Of a DNA stretch of 64,000 nucleotides, positions 24,901 through 36,617 are shown in pieces; the first letter of the stretch is position 1; each line of letters begins with the position of its first letter. The notes beneath the pieces are model-generated. The model was not told the origin of the DNA and did not search any database. It saw only the letters and a list, made by a program, of their open reading frames with translations. The DNA is from Mayamaea pseudoterrestris (taxonomy: Eukaryota), in NCBI GenBank assembly GCA_027923505.1, contig BROI01000022.1:1-64000 (forward strand), written 5' to 3'. The translations under genes were made by a program, and so were the position numbers.

Positions 24901-25470
24901 GGTCGAATGCTTTTTGGAATGCAATTGTTCCGTCGTAGGAAAATGATGCAGCAGCAGCGAATGCAGTGAGAGAGCGCAAGCAAATATTTCGGCCTTCACT
25001 TTCAACAGCAGACACGCAATCCAATGTAAACCTGGAAACCTTTCGTGGTTGTTACTCGGAAGGCTGAGCTGCGTGAGCCAGTACGTATCTGCAAATGCGC
25101 TTCCTCCTTCGTTTGGCGCAACCAACGTTGCGAAAAGGCGTGACTCGTGTGGTGGCGCTTTCGGTTCCGCTCCAGGCGCACGTGTGACCAGCCAATGCCG
25201 CGCCAGCCTGCCAAAATTTCGATGAACCACAAGATTCCAAAAAGAAGGTTTGGTAGCTAAAGCACATGTTAAGCATATTGGATTGACTTCTTTTCGGGTA
25301 AACGACAGGTATTCATTGCTTGCAATATTTGGCGGAGATGGATAAGTAGGCACGCTCAAATACTACTCGAGTACAACGTTTATCTACCGGCACATCCAAA
25401 TCATTCCAAATGTTCACTATGTAAGTATTTTAAAATATGTAACATTCTTCTACTCTTGTTTCCATCGACT

Positions 25471-28400
25471 CTATTCGTATTTAGAGATGAGCTGGTTGTT
25501 GGCATTGTTAATGTCCTTGAAGTATTCGGACGCTTCCTCCGTCGTCATGTCATGATCCTCTGGCTTGAACTTGTCGGGATGATAGACGCGGGCAAGACGA
25601 CGGTAGGCAGTCTTGATTTCCACCTCGGTAGCATCGACAGATACGCCCAAGACCTCGGCAGCAGCGGCATCCTTTGCCTCTCGCTCGCGCTCCTCGTGTT
25701 CCTCAAAGTCGTCATCGAAGTAATCGTCGTAGTCATATCGGCCTCCGCCAAAACCACCGCCGCCGAATGAAAACGTGTGACCTCCAAACTGGAAACGACC
25801 ACCAAACATGTGGCGAAGCAACTCCTCCTGCAACTGACACTGTCGGCATCGACAATGATATCCATGACGGCCGCCGCCAAAGGCGCCTCCAAACGAGTAT
25901 GACTGCTGGCGCACTCGTTCGCGTGCTTGCTCCTCGTGCCGCCACTGGGCATACCGGGCCTTTCGCGCTTCGTATTCGCGACGGCGCTGCTCATACTCGC
26001 GCTCCTGTCGGCGGCGCTCTTCGGCCCGGCGGCGACGCTCCTCCTCCTCTTGGCGGCGTATCTCCGATTCTGCCTCGCGCATTTCCTGCTCCTCCTGGTC
26101 GCGGCGGGCCATCCAAACGTTCAAGTAAATGTCGACATCAGGTGAATCACGCATGCCGTCGATTTCGCTCTTGAAAATCTCCGTCATGATACCCTTTATA
26201 TAAAAAACGTCCGGGATCGACACCAGGTGAACAGGATCCACTGGGCGCTTGGCCTTGCTCGCCTGCTTGTTTTCTGGCACATGCTCCAAATTACCAGCAG
26301 AAATGTGCATCTCAAACTTGCTTTTCCCCTTCTTTGAGTCAAGCGACACCAAATAAGCTTCCTTGGCATGGTCCCATCCAAGAATAACTCCGGAACGATC
26401 GTTCAGGTCTTGCTGTTTCATTCCTTTGACAATAATGCGACTGCACGTTTCGTTCTTGTAAATGGCACGATACGTCTCTCGAGCGGCAGCATACAGCTTG
26501 TCCATGGCGTCGTTGTCGCGCCGGAGGATTGATGCATCAATCTTGTAGACACGCTTAAACTCGGCCAGACAGAGCTTAACGATAAGCTCCTTGAATTCAT
26601 TCTCCTTCGCTATCTCCGTCGTCCAAAACTCGGTGCGTTCCTGGAACTTGACTTTTAAGTCATCATGGAATGACTGCCGGCGATCCTGCTTGGCAGCCTT
26701 TCGCTCGGCGGCGCGCTCCCGACTGATACGCAGCTCCTCTTGAATTTGCAACTTTCGTTCTTCCTCACGCTGCTTGGCTTGTACATTCGCCTCTCTGACA
26801 GCCGCTGCAGCATCTTCTGGTACATCGTCGTATGGATTCAACTCGCGACGTCGAGCTCCTTTGTCGGCCAATTCTTGCGCCTGGGCTGCCAACTCGGCTT
26901 GCTTTTTAGCGATTGCTTCAGCTTCGGCCGTCGCTGACTTTTCAGCCTCTTCGCGCGCCTTGGCCTCGAGAGCTGCTTGCTCGCGTGCCTTAGCTTCCTT
27001 TTCCAAGCGCTTGCGTTCCTTCTTGGCGGCATTGCGAGCCTCCTTGTAGCGGGCTAGTTCTTCTGTACTCATCGATGCAGTTTCCGTGTCATCGAACTCA
27101 GCCGTCACCGACGATGATTGAGCTAGAGGAACCACTTGCAGCTTTTCCTTGTCGGCAAGACCATTTTTCGGAAATCGCGCATGAGATGTATTGTTACTTG
27201 CCGTATCAATTGAAGGAGCCGTCACTTCCTCCTTCACCTCCGAGGTGATGCCGGGCGCACCGATCTGTTGCGACTTGTTGCGAGGTCGCCCTTTCTTCGC
27301 TTCAGAACCATGTTTACCATGGCTATTGCTTTTCGTGATCTGCACCGTTGACGGCATCACCGACTTTGACTCCATCAACAAGTTGGCACTTTCGTCGACT
27401 ATTTCGACTGGATTGTTGAGCTTGTAGGTGATAAAGTCACTCGTCGTTATGCTTGAGTGAATCTCCTTGAGTCGCGGCATGACTTGTGCCAGAACGTGCA
27501 TGGCTTCTTCCGATGGCCCAAGTGCTGTAAACAAAGCCTCCTGCTGCCGCGCTTCATTCTTTTGCGAGCTAGCGTCCCAGATTGCTCGCGCAAGATAGAC
27601 TGCGCCAAGAGACGAAGGAATCTGCGAGCACAATTCGACCAGTCCCGACACTGTAATTGGAGAACCTTCTTGCAATTCTTTCCGCTCGGCAGGTACAGCT
27701 ACTGGTGGCGACGTGACTTTTACCGGCGCATCTCGCTGGGCTCTCTTCCGCTGCTTTGTCTGCTTCGAAGCCGCCGGAGCTGACGACTGTCTACTAGCGT
27801 CTGCTTGCTGCTTGGTCGATGTCAAAGGACGGCCAACTGGTGCCTGCGCCTTCAACAATAATTGTTCCTCTAACTCTTGGTGAGTCGGAAAATTCTCTTG
27901 CGTTTGTGCCACGGCGGCATCCTTCTCGGCATGTTTATTTGCCATGCGCTGTGTTTCCTCTTCACCCTGCGTGCGCGCTACTTCTCGCCCCTTTTGCACT
28001 CGGTCAGCGTCATGTAAGTGTTGCGTCAAATCTGCCGACGCAAACTCCAGCAAGCGCTGTCGCTCCTGCTCCTGCAGCAATACATTCAACTCGTGTTCGT
28101 CCTGCTGCATATCTTGCACGTCCGCCGCATCATACATGGACATGTTTGCCGCGTGCAAATCGTCGTCCTCGCAATTCGCGTCTATTACTTTTGATTTAAT
28201 TTGCTTTGATCTTGAGGTATTGCTTGCAGTTGGTTCCGAGGCGGCTGTATTCGTGTTTGCTTCGGCTGTAGAATAATTCCACTCGGGCGGATGACCAAAC
28301 CAACACTCCTTCTTCTTGCAGCGGACTCCAAATTTGCACATTCGCTTGACTTTAGTTTCTGCTGATGTAGTTGAGTGATTAACTGTATTTATGCTGGACG

Positions 28401-29094
28401 CATCGGGAGAAGCAATTGCTGTTGCTGCTGGAGGAGGATGCGAGTAATTGCAGCCTGCAAACTGACACTCGACTCCGAACCGACAAGCTTTTGCTGACTT
28501 TGTCGCAGCTGCTTTCGCCATCTTCCCTTTAATAGTAGTAGGGGACTCGCTGCTTTTATTTAATGTAGGTGCATTGTGATGGCGGATTGTCGTTTCATTA
28601 TTAGTATTTGCTTGTGGTGCATCATTCTGTGTCTCGACCATACCATTGCTCACCATCGTCGCTTGAAACAAAGGATGCGTATATTTACATTTCTTCTTCT
28701 TGCAGTTCGCTCCGAATCTACATTTTCCAATCTTCTTCGTTGACTCCGCCGCGGAAGAATTGCTAAAGTTGGCAGGGGTTGTCGCTGCTGTCGTCTTTTG
28801 CTGCTGCGTATCAGTATTGCTCGCCGGCATGCTGCTACCATTCGCTGTCTCGCTTTCACTAAACACAGGATGATTGAATTGACAAGATGCCAGCTGACAG
28901 GATGCTCCGTATCGGCAGCGCGTGTCTGCAGCCTCGGAAGGCGCCATGGTGACTTGAGAGACTTTGAGAATGCTTTTGCCGCTGCGTCGTGAGCAGCTGC
29001 TTCGGTTCGAAGATGACAGGACTCGGTTACTGTGCTTTCGTCTTAAATGGCAAGAAGGGGGAAATCGTGGATCCATGTTATTACGGAAGAGCAA
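25471..29094 (-). CDS. Large protein with four CCCH zinc fingers, coiled coils and a C-terminal DnaJ domain (true start probably MAPSEAA ~28948)
   Basis: CRYGASCQLASCQFNHP, CRFGANCKKKKCKYTHP, CRFGVECQFAGCNYSHP, CKFGVRCKKKECWFGHP; J-domain VLGVS...IKTAYRRLARVYHPDK...FKDINNA. Confidence 0.88.
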   Translation of the reverse strand: MLFRNNMDPRFPPSCHLRRKHSNRVLSSSNRSSCSRRSGKSILKVSQVTMAPSEAADTRCRYGASCQLASCQFNHPVFSESETANGSSMPASNTDTQQQKTTAATTPANFSNSSAAESTKKIGKCRFGANCKKKKCKYTHPLFQATMVSNGMVETQNDAPQANTNNETTIRHHNAPTLNKSSESPTTIKGKMAKAAATKSAKACRFGVECQFAGCNYSHPPPAATAIASPDASSINTVNHSTTSAETKVKRMCKFGVRCKKKECWFGHPPEWNYSTAEANTNTAASEPTASNTSRSKQIKSKVIDANCEDDDLHAANMSMYDAADVQDMQQDEHELNVLLQEQERQRLLEFASADLTQHLHDADRVQKGREVARTQGEEETQRMANKHAEKDAAVAQTQENFPTHQELEEQLLLKAQAPVGRPLTSTKQQADASRQSSAPAASKQTKQRKRAQRDAPVKVTSPPVAVPAERKELQEGSPITVSGLVELCSQIPSSLGAVYLARAIWDASSQKNEARQQEALFTALGPSEEAMHVLAQVMPRLKEIHSSITTSDFITYKLNNPVEIVDESANLLMESKSVMPSTVQITKSNSHGKHGSEAKKGRPRNKSQQIGAPGITSEVKEEVTAPSIDTASNNTSHARFPKNGLADKEKLQVVPLAQSSSVTAEFDDTETASMSTEELARYKEARNAAKKERKRLEKEAKAREQAALEAKAREEAEKSATAEAEAIAKKQAELAAQAQELADKGARRRELNPYDDVPEDAAAAVREANVQAKQREEERKLQIQEELRISRERAAERKAAKQDRRQSFHDDLKVKFQERTEFWTTEIAKENEFKELIVKLCLAEFKRVYKIDASILRRDNDAMDKLYAAARETYRAIYKNETCSRIIVKGMKQQDLNDRSGVILGWDHAKEAYLVSLDSKKGKSKFEMHISAGNLEHVPENKQASKAKRPVDPVHLVSIPDVFYIKGIMTEIFKSEIDGMRDSPDVDIYLNVWMARRDQEEQEMREAESEIRRQEEEERRRRAEERRRQEREYEQRRREYEARKARYAQWRHEEQARERVRQQSYSFGGAFGGGRHGYHCRCRQCQLQEELLRHMFGGRFQFGGHTFSFGGGGFGGGRYDYDDYFDDDFEEHEEREREAKDAAAAEVLGVSVDATEVEIKTAYRRLARVYHPDKFKPEDHDMTTEEASEYFKDINNANNQLISKYE

Positions 29095-29287
29095 GCAGTA
29101 GACTATATAGACTATAAGGAGTATGCAATGTTAGAGTGGCTTATGTTATGTCATACTATGTTTAATGTCTAACGACAATTCCTATTGCGTAACTCAAGTA
29201 CCGTCGTCAAGTTGGTCCATGTAAACGATTGTGCTCATTATAGCTGTCACGCCCAATGGTAAACCAAGCAACAACATTGCGTCACTA

Positions 29288-30177
29288 TTACTTGTTGGAT
29301 TTCAAATGCTGCTGCTTCTCCATGTACTCGACGTATTCGTCAATCAAAACTGGCCAGGCGCTTGTCGACTCGTCGTAATTGCTCAAGTCTTCGCACTCGA
29401 GCGAAAAGTCCAAAAACGAAACCCACTGATCCAGCGTCACCCGCGCATAGCTCTCGGTACTTTCCAGAAACTGGCAAAAGGACTCGAGTCGACTATTGGC
29501 GACCCGTTCCTTCAACGTTAGCTTGAGCAAGGCAATGACCAAATCCTTGTCAAGCGTTCGGTGCGTTCCCTGTCGATTAAACTGAAAGCAAAACTTGAAG
29601 AAGTCTTTGAACTCTATATTGTCCATGAATCCAGTATCGAGCGTTGGAACGATATTCTTAAACTTTGCCCACGAGTCCAGATTCAGATTGGCGCAACCTT
29701 CAATCCATTCCGTCTGGCTAATTTCACCCGGCCGATCCTCCGATCCTAGCTTCCAAAGCAGAACCAGAATGCGGACATCCTCCGTAACGTCCATGTCAAG
29801 CTTTTCGCCCAATTGAGATATACCTGATGGGAGATGAGTAAGCGAGAGACACGGCTTGGAATGAGAGAGTCATTACAGCAAACAAGCCTACACGACTTGC
29901 ATAACACTCTGCTGCAAGAGGCGCTCTTCGTCGCAATCAAAAAGTTCTCTTTCCTTCACTATTTATACAAGAATTTCTCACCTTCCATTCCCATGACGGT
30001 CGGGTCATCCGCGTCCGCCAGCTCGGAAAACATGAGTCCCGACGATGATGGTTCTTTTCCAGCAGCAGCAGCCTTCTTCTTCTTGTTGACGGATCCCTTG
30101 AACATGTCAGTTTCTTTCGTAGGACTAGTATTAGTAGACTTTTTACTGCTGGATTTGCGCTTGCGTGTTGCTGGCAT
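29288..30177 (-). CDS. DCN1: DCN1-like cullin neddylation protein (multi-exon)
   Basis: DVRILVLLWKLG, FKDFFKFCFQFN, DQWVSFLDF, SNYDESTSAWPVLIDEYVEY (PONY domain); exon 1 from MPATRKRK. Confidence 0.88.
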
Positions 30178-30600
30178 GAATTGTTGATACAATGCAAGCA
30201 AGAATGTTGTTTGGTTCGACTTGACGACCCCAGGTTTCACGCGCAGAGAAAAATGAAGGTCAAGTCAAGTCGTCGCTTTAGAATATTCAATCAGAACAGC
30301 AGGAGAGAAACTACAGAGTTTACTAAAATCTTGATAGCCGAATCAAAAGTTGCAGTATAACAAGGAGCTGAAGTGTATGAAATGGTACATCTCGCTCTCA
30401 CGGAGGCATCTGTATGGTGAATCCGCTTGCGGCGACCAAGGATCGTTCGAGTACCGATGCGATTCAATTTGATGTGCTTCCACGTGTTTCTTCATAACCG
30501 GTCCGACATTTACTTCGGCGTGATCGCAGTGATGAGCGAACAGCTGGTTCGATTCGATTCATAATCATCTCATCGATCCATTGATTCATATATTAAAATC

Positions 30601-31500
30601 ATGTTCCGTCCACAACCACAACAACAGCAGCAACCACAGCAACAAGCCGTCATTGCCTTGCCCGATCCTGGAGATGTTGGCGCCATTATTGTTCGAGGAG
30701 CCAAGAATTTCGCTCGCCGCTACAAGATTGTCACTGGTTCCTATTTACTTGGCGTTTGCATTCTACTCTTTTTCGGTGCGGGCATTCCATTGTCACAGCA
30801 GCAACGACGCGACTACAATCGCATCATGGATTCCATTGACTTGCAGGCAGAGTATGCAGCCTCGCAGAATTACTGGCGGGCGCGTGAAGCCTACTCGGCC
30901 ACCAAGGGATGGTTCTCCTGCGACGATTTGTGCCAACGCAACAAGCAACGTATGAATCAAGCGGAACAGAAATTGAATGCCATTCGAAAGGAAGGAAATG
31001 CGAGAATGACGGATGCCAAGCGAGTCGCTGGAGTCTTTAGCGAGATTGCCGTGGATGAAACCAAGGATACATTTTGGCAGTACTATCACGGCGCCAAGCA
31101 ATTTGCCAAGCGACAAAGCATGTGGGACATGATGTTCATGGGAATACGATCCATGTCACGAGGAAGAGATGAAAGCTGGATCGAGTTTGGTTTGAAGGTG
31201 CTGCTGAATGTCCTCATTAACTTGAGCATGGGTTTGATCATGGCACTTGTCTTGTTTGTCTGCAACGTCTTTTCAATTGTCCGAAGCTACTCGACAAATC
31301 CTGTGACTGCCGTCGCATTCTTTGTGGGAGCTTCCTGCGCAGCCTTTTCCTTTGTGGCAACTTATCTATTGGCCGTTTACGGAGCTGCTGCTGGATCAGT
31401 GTACGGATTGCTCAAGTTCGCCGAAGCTTCACAACGACAACGGATTGCGGATCAGCGACGAAGAGAAGGCATCAATTATCAGCGGCCTCATTATGACTAG
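30601..31500 (+). CDS. Multi-pass membrane protein of unknown function
   Basis: 299-aa ORF with an N-terminal TM and several C-terminal hydrophobic helices. Confidence 0.7.
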   Translation: MFRPQPQQQQQPQQQAVIALPDPGDVGAIIVRGAKNFARRYKIVTGSYLLGVCILLFFGAGIPLSQQQRRDYNRIMDSIDLQAEYAASQNYWRAREAYSATKGWFSCDDLCQRNKQRMNQAEQKLNAIRKEGNARMTDAKRVAGVFSEIAVDETKDTFWQYYHGAKQFAKRQSMWDMMFMGIRSMSRGRDESWIEFGLKVLLNVLINLSMGLIMALVLFVCNVFSIVRSYSTNPVTAVAFFVGASCAAFSFVATYLLAVYGAAAGSVYGLLKFAEASQRQRIADQRRREGINYQRPHYD

Positions 31501-31682
31501 TATCATATAAGGTTAATATAAAGATTGCATTTTCAAAAGATCTGTCTGTATTGTAGATAAGCAATGGCGACAAAGATTATTATGCAAAAGCGTAACAGCC
31601 CACGTCTACCTTCAATCATGGCAAGCATAAGTAATAAGTATGCACCGCGCGGCTCCCAATAATCGATAATTTACCTCTTCGA

Positions 31683-32252
31683 CTATGAATGCGCCTTGCC
31701 AGCAACTTGACGTTGGATCAACGCTTTCAGCTTGTTTTCATCCGATCCAGAATATCGTTCCACTTCTTGGCCGTTTTGCATGACAAGAAAGGTTGGCAGA
31801 AGCGCCACCTTGTACTGATTCGCTACTTCATCCACAGAATCTGCATCGATTGTCACAAAAATTGCATTAGTATGCTCTGCGGCAAGTGATGCAAATACCG
31901 GTTGAATGGACTTGCATGGTGCGCACCAGCTAGCCGTAAATTTCGCAACGACAATTTCGTTGGAGTGTAGCAGCTGAATCCATTCCTGTAACGACGCCAC
32001 GACTCCAACGCATCCATCATCCGCTTCCAATGATGCTACTGTCTCTGTCTTGCTCATGTTGCAGCAGTCGTCAACCTTTTCCTTCTTCCTCCTTGGCTGA
32101 AGTTGGAGAGTCGTCAAGAGCCATGCTTCTAGCGACTTTGGAAGGAGACCAAAGCTCGATAACTTTTCGATAATCCACCGTAGACCCCACACCAATAGAG
32201 GCAGCAAGGCCGAGTATGGTATACAGACACCTCCAATGCAGCAGAGCGCCAT
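31683..32252 (-). CDS. Thioredoxin with N-terminal Cys-rich hydrophobic anchor
   Basis: KFTASWCAPCK active site, LPTFLV cis-Pro motif; N-terminus MALCCIGGVCIP followed by a hydrophobic stretch. Confidence 0.9.
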   Translation of the reverse strand: MALCCIGGVCIPYSALLPLLVWGLRWIIEKLSSFGLLPKSLEAWLLTTLQLQPRRKKEKVDDCCNMSKTETVASLEADDGCVGVVASLQEWIQLLHSNEIVVAKFTASWCAPCKSIQPVFASLAAEHTNAIFVTIDADSVDEVANQYKVALLPTFLVMQNGQEVERYSGSDENKLKALIQRQVAGKAHS

Positions 32253-32588
32253 GGTATGAAGCGAAATTGTAGTTGCAAATGATGTGGTCGCGAGAATGAA
32301 GCATTCTTACGTCGCACAGCCGTCGCAGCGATACTGAATCCAGCTATCATTGTTTTGCCTCGTAGAGGTTTGTATCGCTACTTTTACCTATTCAAGTATC
32401 GCCGGACTCGAGTAGAGGGTCAACTAACAAAAAGGTAGATTGAATAGACATACTTTTTTGTTTGATAGCCTGATTCGCAATGCCTTCAATGGATATGCCT
32501 CGCATGCGATCGCTTGACTGTGAGAACACTGTTTGGCGAGCCGTTCATCACTGTTGCTGCTCCCTGCCTTCGTTCAGAGAACAACAGG

Positions 32589-33362
32589 ATGGTAGTCCGT
32601 AGTGGCTTTGAGATACAATTGGTCCATGCGGAATCCAAGATCCCCTTTAAGGAGCATGAAAGGGACGGGAAAGTTTATGTGGAAGTAGAACCTGACGTTC
32701 AGTATTATATTGCGATTCGTCGCATAAATTTGGACGGACCGGCGGTGGTACTGAGTACGTTTCGTGTAGATGAAGTGTCGCTTAGATACGTTTGCCAGCA
32801 TGGGAGGCATCTTCCACCGAAACCAAACTTCTTGGGTGATTGGAGTCGCAACAACGGAACCAGCAAGATAACTGCTATGCAATTCACCAAACCAAGCGCG
32901 GCAGACAAAGGTAAGGGATACAAAGGCAAGACCGGAAGAGTCACGGTTACTTTGCATGCTGGTGTTCTTCATGGAACCACACAAATTGGCGACATAAGCT
33001 CCAGCTATCGGCCAAATCCCGTTGTTGATGCCGTGAGGTTGTCTGCATGTACAAAGAAATTCATACTTTCCACGCAAGGTCGATCAACATATTCGGTCAA
33101 ATCGAATGAGGAATTTATGCAATGCTACACTTGCGGAGCGTTGATTGACAGAATTTCGCTCAGATACTGCACAGCTTTGGGGTTGATGGACGCAGGCATA
33201 CTCCCGAAGCCCGACCCTTGGGCATTGCAGCGTTTGAAGCGGCCCGCACTCAGTGGACAATTGAGAGCTCCATTTAAGCAAATGATACACCCCGACGAAG
33301 AGAAAGTTATTGATGTCGTTGATTTGACTGATGAATCGGCACCGCCAAAGTACACGTGGTAA
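32589..33362 (+). CDS. Hypothetical protein (has a tandem paralog downstream)
   Basis: Long ORF; aligns with the 33780 copy (GFEI..VHA...FKEH..DGK.Y..VEPD.QY.IAIRR; GALIDRI...YC.ALGL..AG.L..PDPW). Confidence 0.7.
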   Translation: MVVRSGFEIQLVHAESKIPFKEHERDGKVYVEVEPDVQYYIAIRRINLDGPAVVLSTFRVDEVSLRYVCQHGRHLPPKPNFLGDWSRNNGTSKITAMQFTKPSAADKGKGYKGKTGRVTVTLHAGVLHGTTQIGDISSSYRPNPVVDAVRLSACTKKFILSTQGRSTYSVKSNEEFMQCYTCGALIDRISLRYCTALGLMDAGILPKPDPWALQRLKRPALSGQLRAPFKQMIHPDEEKVIDVVDLTDESAPPKYTW

Positions 33363-33779
33363 AAGTGTGCGCAAGAATTGTTGATGCGTCTCAAGCAATC
33401 ATCGCTATGCCTTTCTTCTTCTAACACCGGAACGAGCTTAGAATTAATCGTCTCATAAACAAATTGAGCAAAGCTGTGTGTCAACATCGCCGATAGGTAC
33501 AATACGGTTACGTCGTAAGCATCGCATTCGACGGTAGTCTACCGCGGTACTCTTTAACCGCTGTGACAAGGAAGTTTTCGTTCTCGAGGAAATTTCTTTG
33601 CCATTGCGCCTCTGCTAACTGTGAATTCGATCACATCAAAATTTCAGCCGGAGCTGCATGCACCTACCCAGTCCGTCTGTGGCGAGCTTGCTGCTGTGTG
33701 CGCATACATCGCTTACTGCCGTTCTCTAACTTCTCTCCGCATCCAACTTCCCGAGCAACCGCGACCTTGACTATTGACC

Positions 33780-34410
33780 ATGGTAAGGACTAGCGGTTTT
33801 GAAATAAAGATCGTTCATGCTGATGACACGAAGATGTGTTTTAAGGAACATAAGAAGGATGAAAAGGACGGAAAGATCTATTTAAAAGTGGAGCCAGACG
33901 CGCAATATTTTATCGCTATACGCCGAGTGCGAGGGGGATCTTCCGTAGTTTTGAGCAGCTATCGAGTGGACGGAAAGGCACTTGGATACTTCGGACAGCA
34001 CCAAAAGAAAGTACCAGCCCAATCCATCGATTGCAGCTAATCATATTTCTCCTTGCAACAAGAAATACCTGCTGTCAAGCCAGGGACAGACATTCATCTC
34101 AAGCAAATTGGATCATACAAAAAAGATGAAAGAATACACCAGAGGAGCATTGATTGACCGCATAACTTTCAATTACTGTTCAGCACTTGGGTTAGTCGAA
34201 GCAGGCGTTCTTTCACAACCGGATCCGTGGACCGTGGAGCATTGGAAGAACCCAGCTAGCCCCTGCAGTAAACAGGAACAAGCATCGTTTAAAGCTTCTC
34301 AGACACCCAGATGACGATAACAAACTTATCGAATTCGTTGACCTAACCGACGAGACTGTGGTACCAAAGTTTATGGATGGTTTCTGCCGCACCGTTGCTG
34401 ATCCTAAATA
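33780..34410 (+). pseudogene. Internally deleted, frameshifted paralog of 32589-33362
   Basis: N- and C-terminal homologous blocks lie in different frames (33774-34040, 33982-34314); the middle segment is missing. Confidence 0.6.
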
Positions 34411-34480
34411 GGCCGATTCGTAGTACAAACCACATAGTTATTTTTGCATGTATAGGTAGTGGCTCACTAATGTACAAGCT

Positions 34481-35179
34481 TTACCTCATCTCCATCAGCA
34501 CTCTAGGCGCCGTCGTACAGCTTGTATGCATCTGGGCCTCCTCTTCGTCGCCTTTCGCAAGAAGAATACCAAACTTGGAGGTGCAGCGAGAAAACTCTAA
34601 ACTCCGCTGACGCAAAAGCTTACCCATTTCGTCTGGTGAGTAATCAGCGTTACCGCGTAGGTTCCTGAATTGCGACACGACAGCTCGCACGGCACAGCGT
34701 TGATGGCGCATCAAAAGAGTGCTCATGTGTCGCTCCATTCCACGTGCTTCTGATACGGCCAGTATCGCCGACGCCTCTGCCATGTCAAGATCCTCATGCT
34801 TGCCCGGAGTGCGCAATGGCGACTCGAAGAGACAGTCGATGCTGATCAAATACTCTGGATGTATTCTCGAGAACAAGTGGCAGTATACTCGGGCGGCGCG
34901 TTTCTTCAAACCAATCTGCTCCTGGGTGAGGTAAACCTTTCGCTTGGCCTGCTGCGAAACAGCGTCGTAGACAAAGATTTCTTCGTTGATGCGATTGTGC
35001 TCGTCCACACAAAATCTGACCCTGTTTCCGGCTTTTCCATCCGCGCTAGACTCACTGGAGCTATCATCCGAGTCTATATCCATTGTCGTCGTTGTCGCAA
35101 ATGAGGCATTGCAGTCGCATTCGCAGTCGGCCGTCATGGATCTTTTGGAGGACAACTGGTTTACAATGGACAGATCCAT
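34481..35179 (-). CDS. Hypothetical protein, VRF...RG(M/L)E family
   Basis: RVRF, VYLT.E, ARGME and LA..D motifs shared with the 37820 gene. Confidence 0.6.
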   Translation of the reverse strand: MDLSIVNQLSSKRSMTADCECDCNASFATTTTMDIDSDDSSSESSADGKAGNRVRFCVDEHNRINEEIFVYDAVSQQAKRKVYLTQEQIGLKKRAARVYCHLFSRIHPEYLISIDCLFESPLRTPGKHEDLDMAEASAILAVSEARGMERHMSTLLMRHQRCAVRAVVSQFRNLRGNADYSPDEMGKLLRQRSLEFSRCTSKFGILLAKGDEEEAQMHTSCTTAPRVLMEMR

Positions 35180-36617
35180 TGTAGAAAGCTGGCTATTGCG
35201 AGCGTTGGTTTCTGTTTGCGGGGGCAAACGGAGAGATTTATGTTTGGTGGCCGTCGTGTGTTGCTGTCGAATTGTCAGATTATGCAGATCGACTAATCTT
35301 GGTTTTGTCCAAGTCTGCGCAGGATCTGAAAAAATGAACACGCCGATGTGACCACAATCGACTACAGCCTTCATGCTGACTGGTCAATGCTTATTATTAC
35401 AAAACATCAATGGACAAATCAAATTCTCCGATACCTGAGCATTACCACCTTGACATTCTCCACGCAGTCTTTTTCATAATATACGACCGATCAATCGTGA
35501 AATATGACGCCATGGGCTATTACAGTTTGATCAGAGTTTGAGCTGCCCCGTGACTGAGCAATGTCAAAATGTCCCTCAACTTTGTCCAAGATCTCTCGAT
35601 CCCGAGTGCCGTCTTCGCTCTCATCTATGAAGCTTCTAAACGAGTGTTTCAACAAGTGGTTTGGCTTGACAGGACTAGAAGTAGAAGCGATAACAATCGC
35701 TGTTGTGATACTTGTACTCTAAAGGCTGCAAAGGCGACGCATTGAGACACGTCACGCTTGCATTGCGCAGTCTCCATTAAAACAGCAAGTTGCCCGGCCG
35801 ATGCTGGTGCTTTTTCGCTAGGATTGGCAGTGGGTGAATACGTCAAGGCAAAACATTGACAATAAAGGCCGGTAGTTGTTGTACGGCAAAACTTAGCAAA
35901 TGCCACAGGGGCAGCAATTTTGTCGCACCAACCTTGACAGCTATCACACCCCGGCTTCTTTAATTTTGACCAAGCTAAGGCACACACCTCGTACCTGGCA
36001 AGTAATCCTCTTGAAGTCCAAAGTTGTTACTTGATCACTAGAGTAGCAGTGGTATGAAGAATGGCTAATAAAAAGTACTGACGGGCTCCATTCTTGAGTA
36101 TCGCTACGACATTGATGACACAGACATCGTCATCCTTGCTTAAGCCCTTTGGGTGCCGATCCTTTGGCGCAGCCGCGTGCCACAAAACGTGGGATCGTTT
36201 CGCCATCTTCAAGCACGCCGCCACTTCCATCTCCAACAAAGGTATGTTAAGGAGGAGAATGGTTTGCAAGTGACGGGAGAATGCTGAGCAATCATGGTCA
36301 TGAAAACGGACGTGCCGATATTATGTAGCGAGTCGGCCGCTTGGCGTGGTTGCAGTCGACACGTCGTTTCAGTACGGCTGATACAGCCCGATATTCCAAT
36401 GCATTGGATCATGTTGCTCATCGTCATGATGGTCCAGGCGTCGTCATATCTGGCTGACAAGCTTGCCTTCTTCGTTGCTGCTGTCTCATGTTTTTCATCG
36501 CTCGCTTCCGGCACGATCTCATCTTCTTCATCATCTTCATTTCGCTTGATCCAGATCCTCTTCGGTCACGCTGTCACCTTTCACGCTAGCTTATTCTTCA
36601 CATAACTACGTTACAGA

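Noticed and set aside
35400..36610. Short ORFs in the long intergenic region
   Set aside because: No domain signal; more likely the divergent promoter/UTR region
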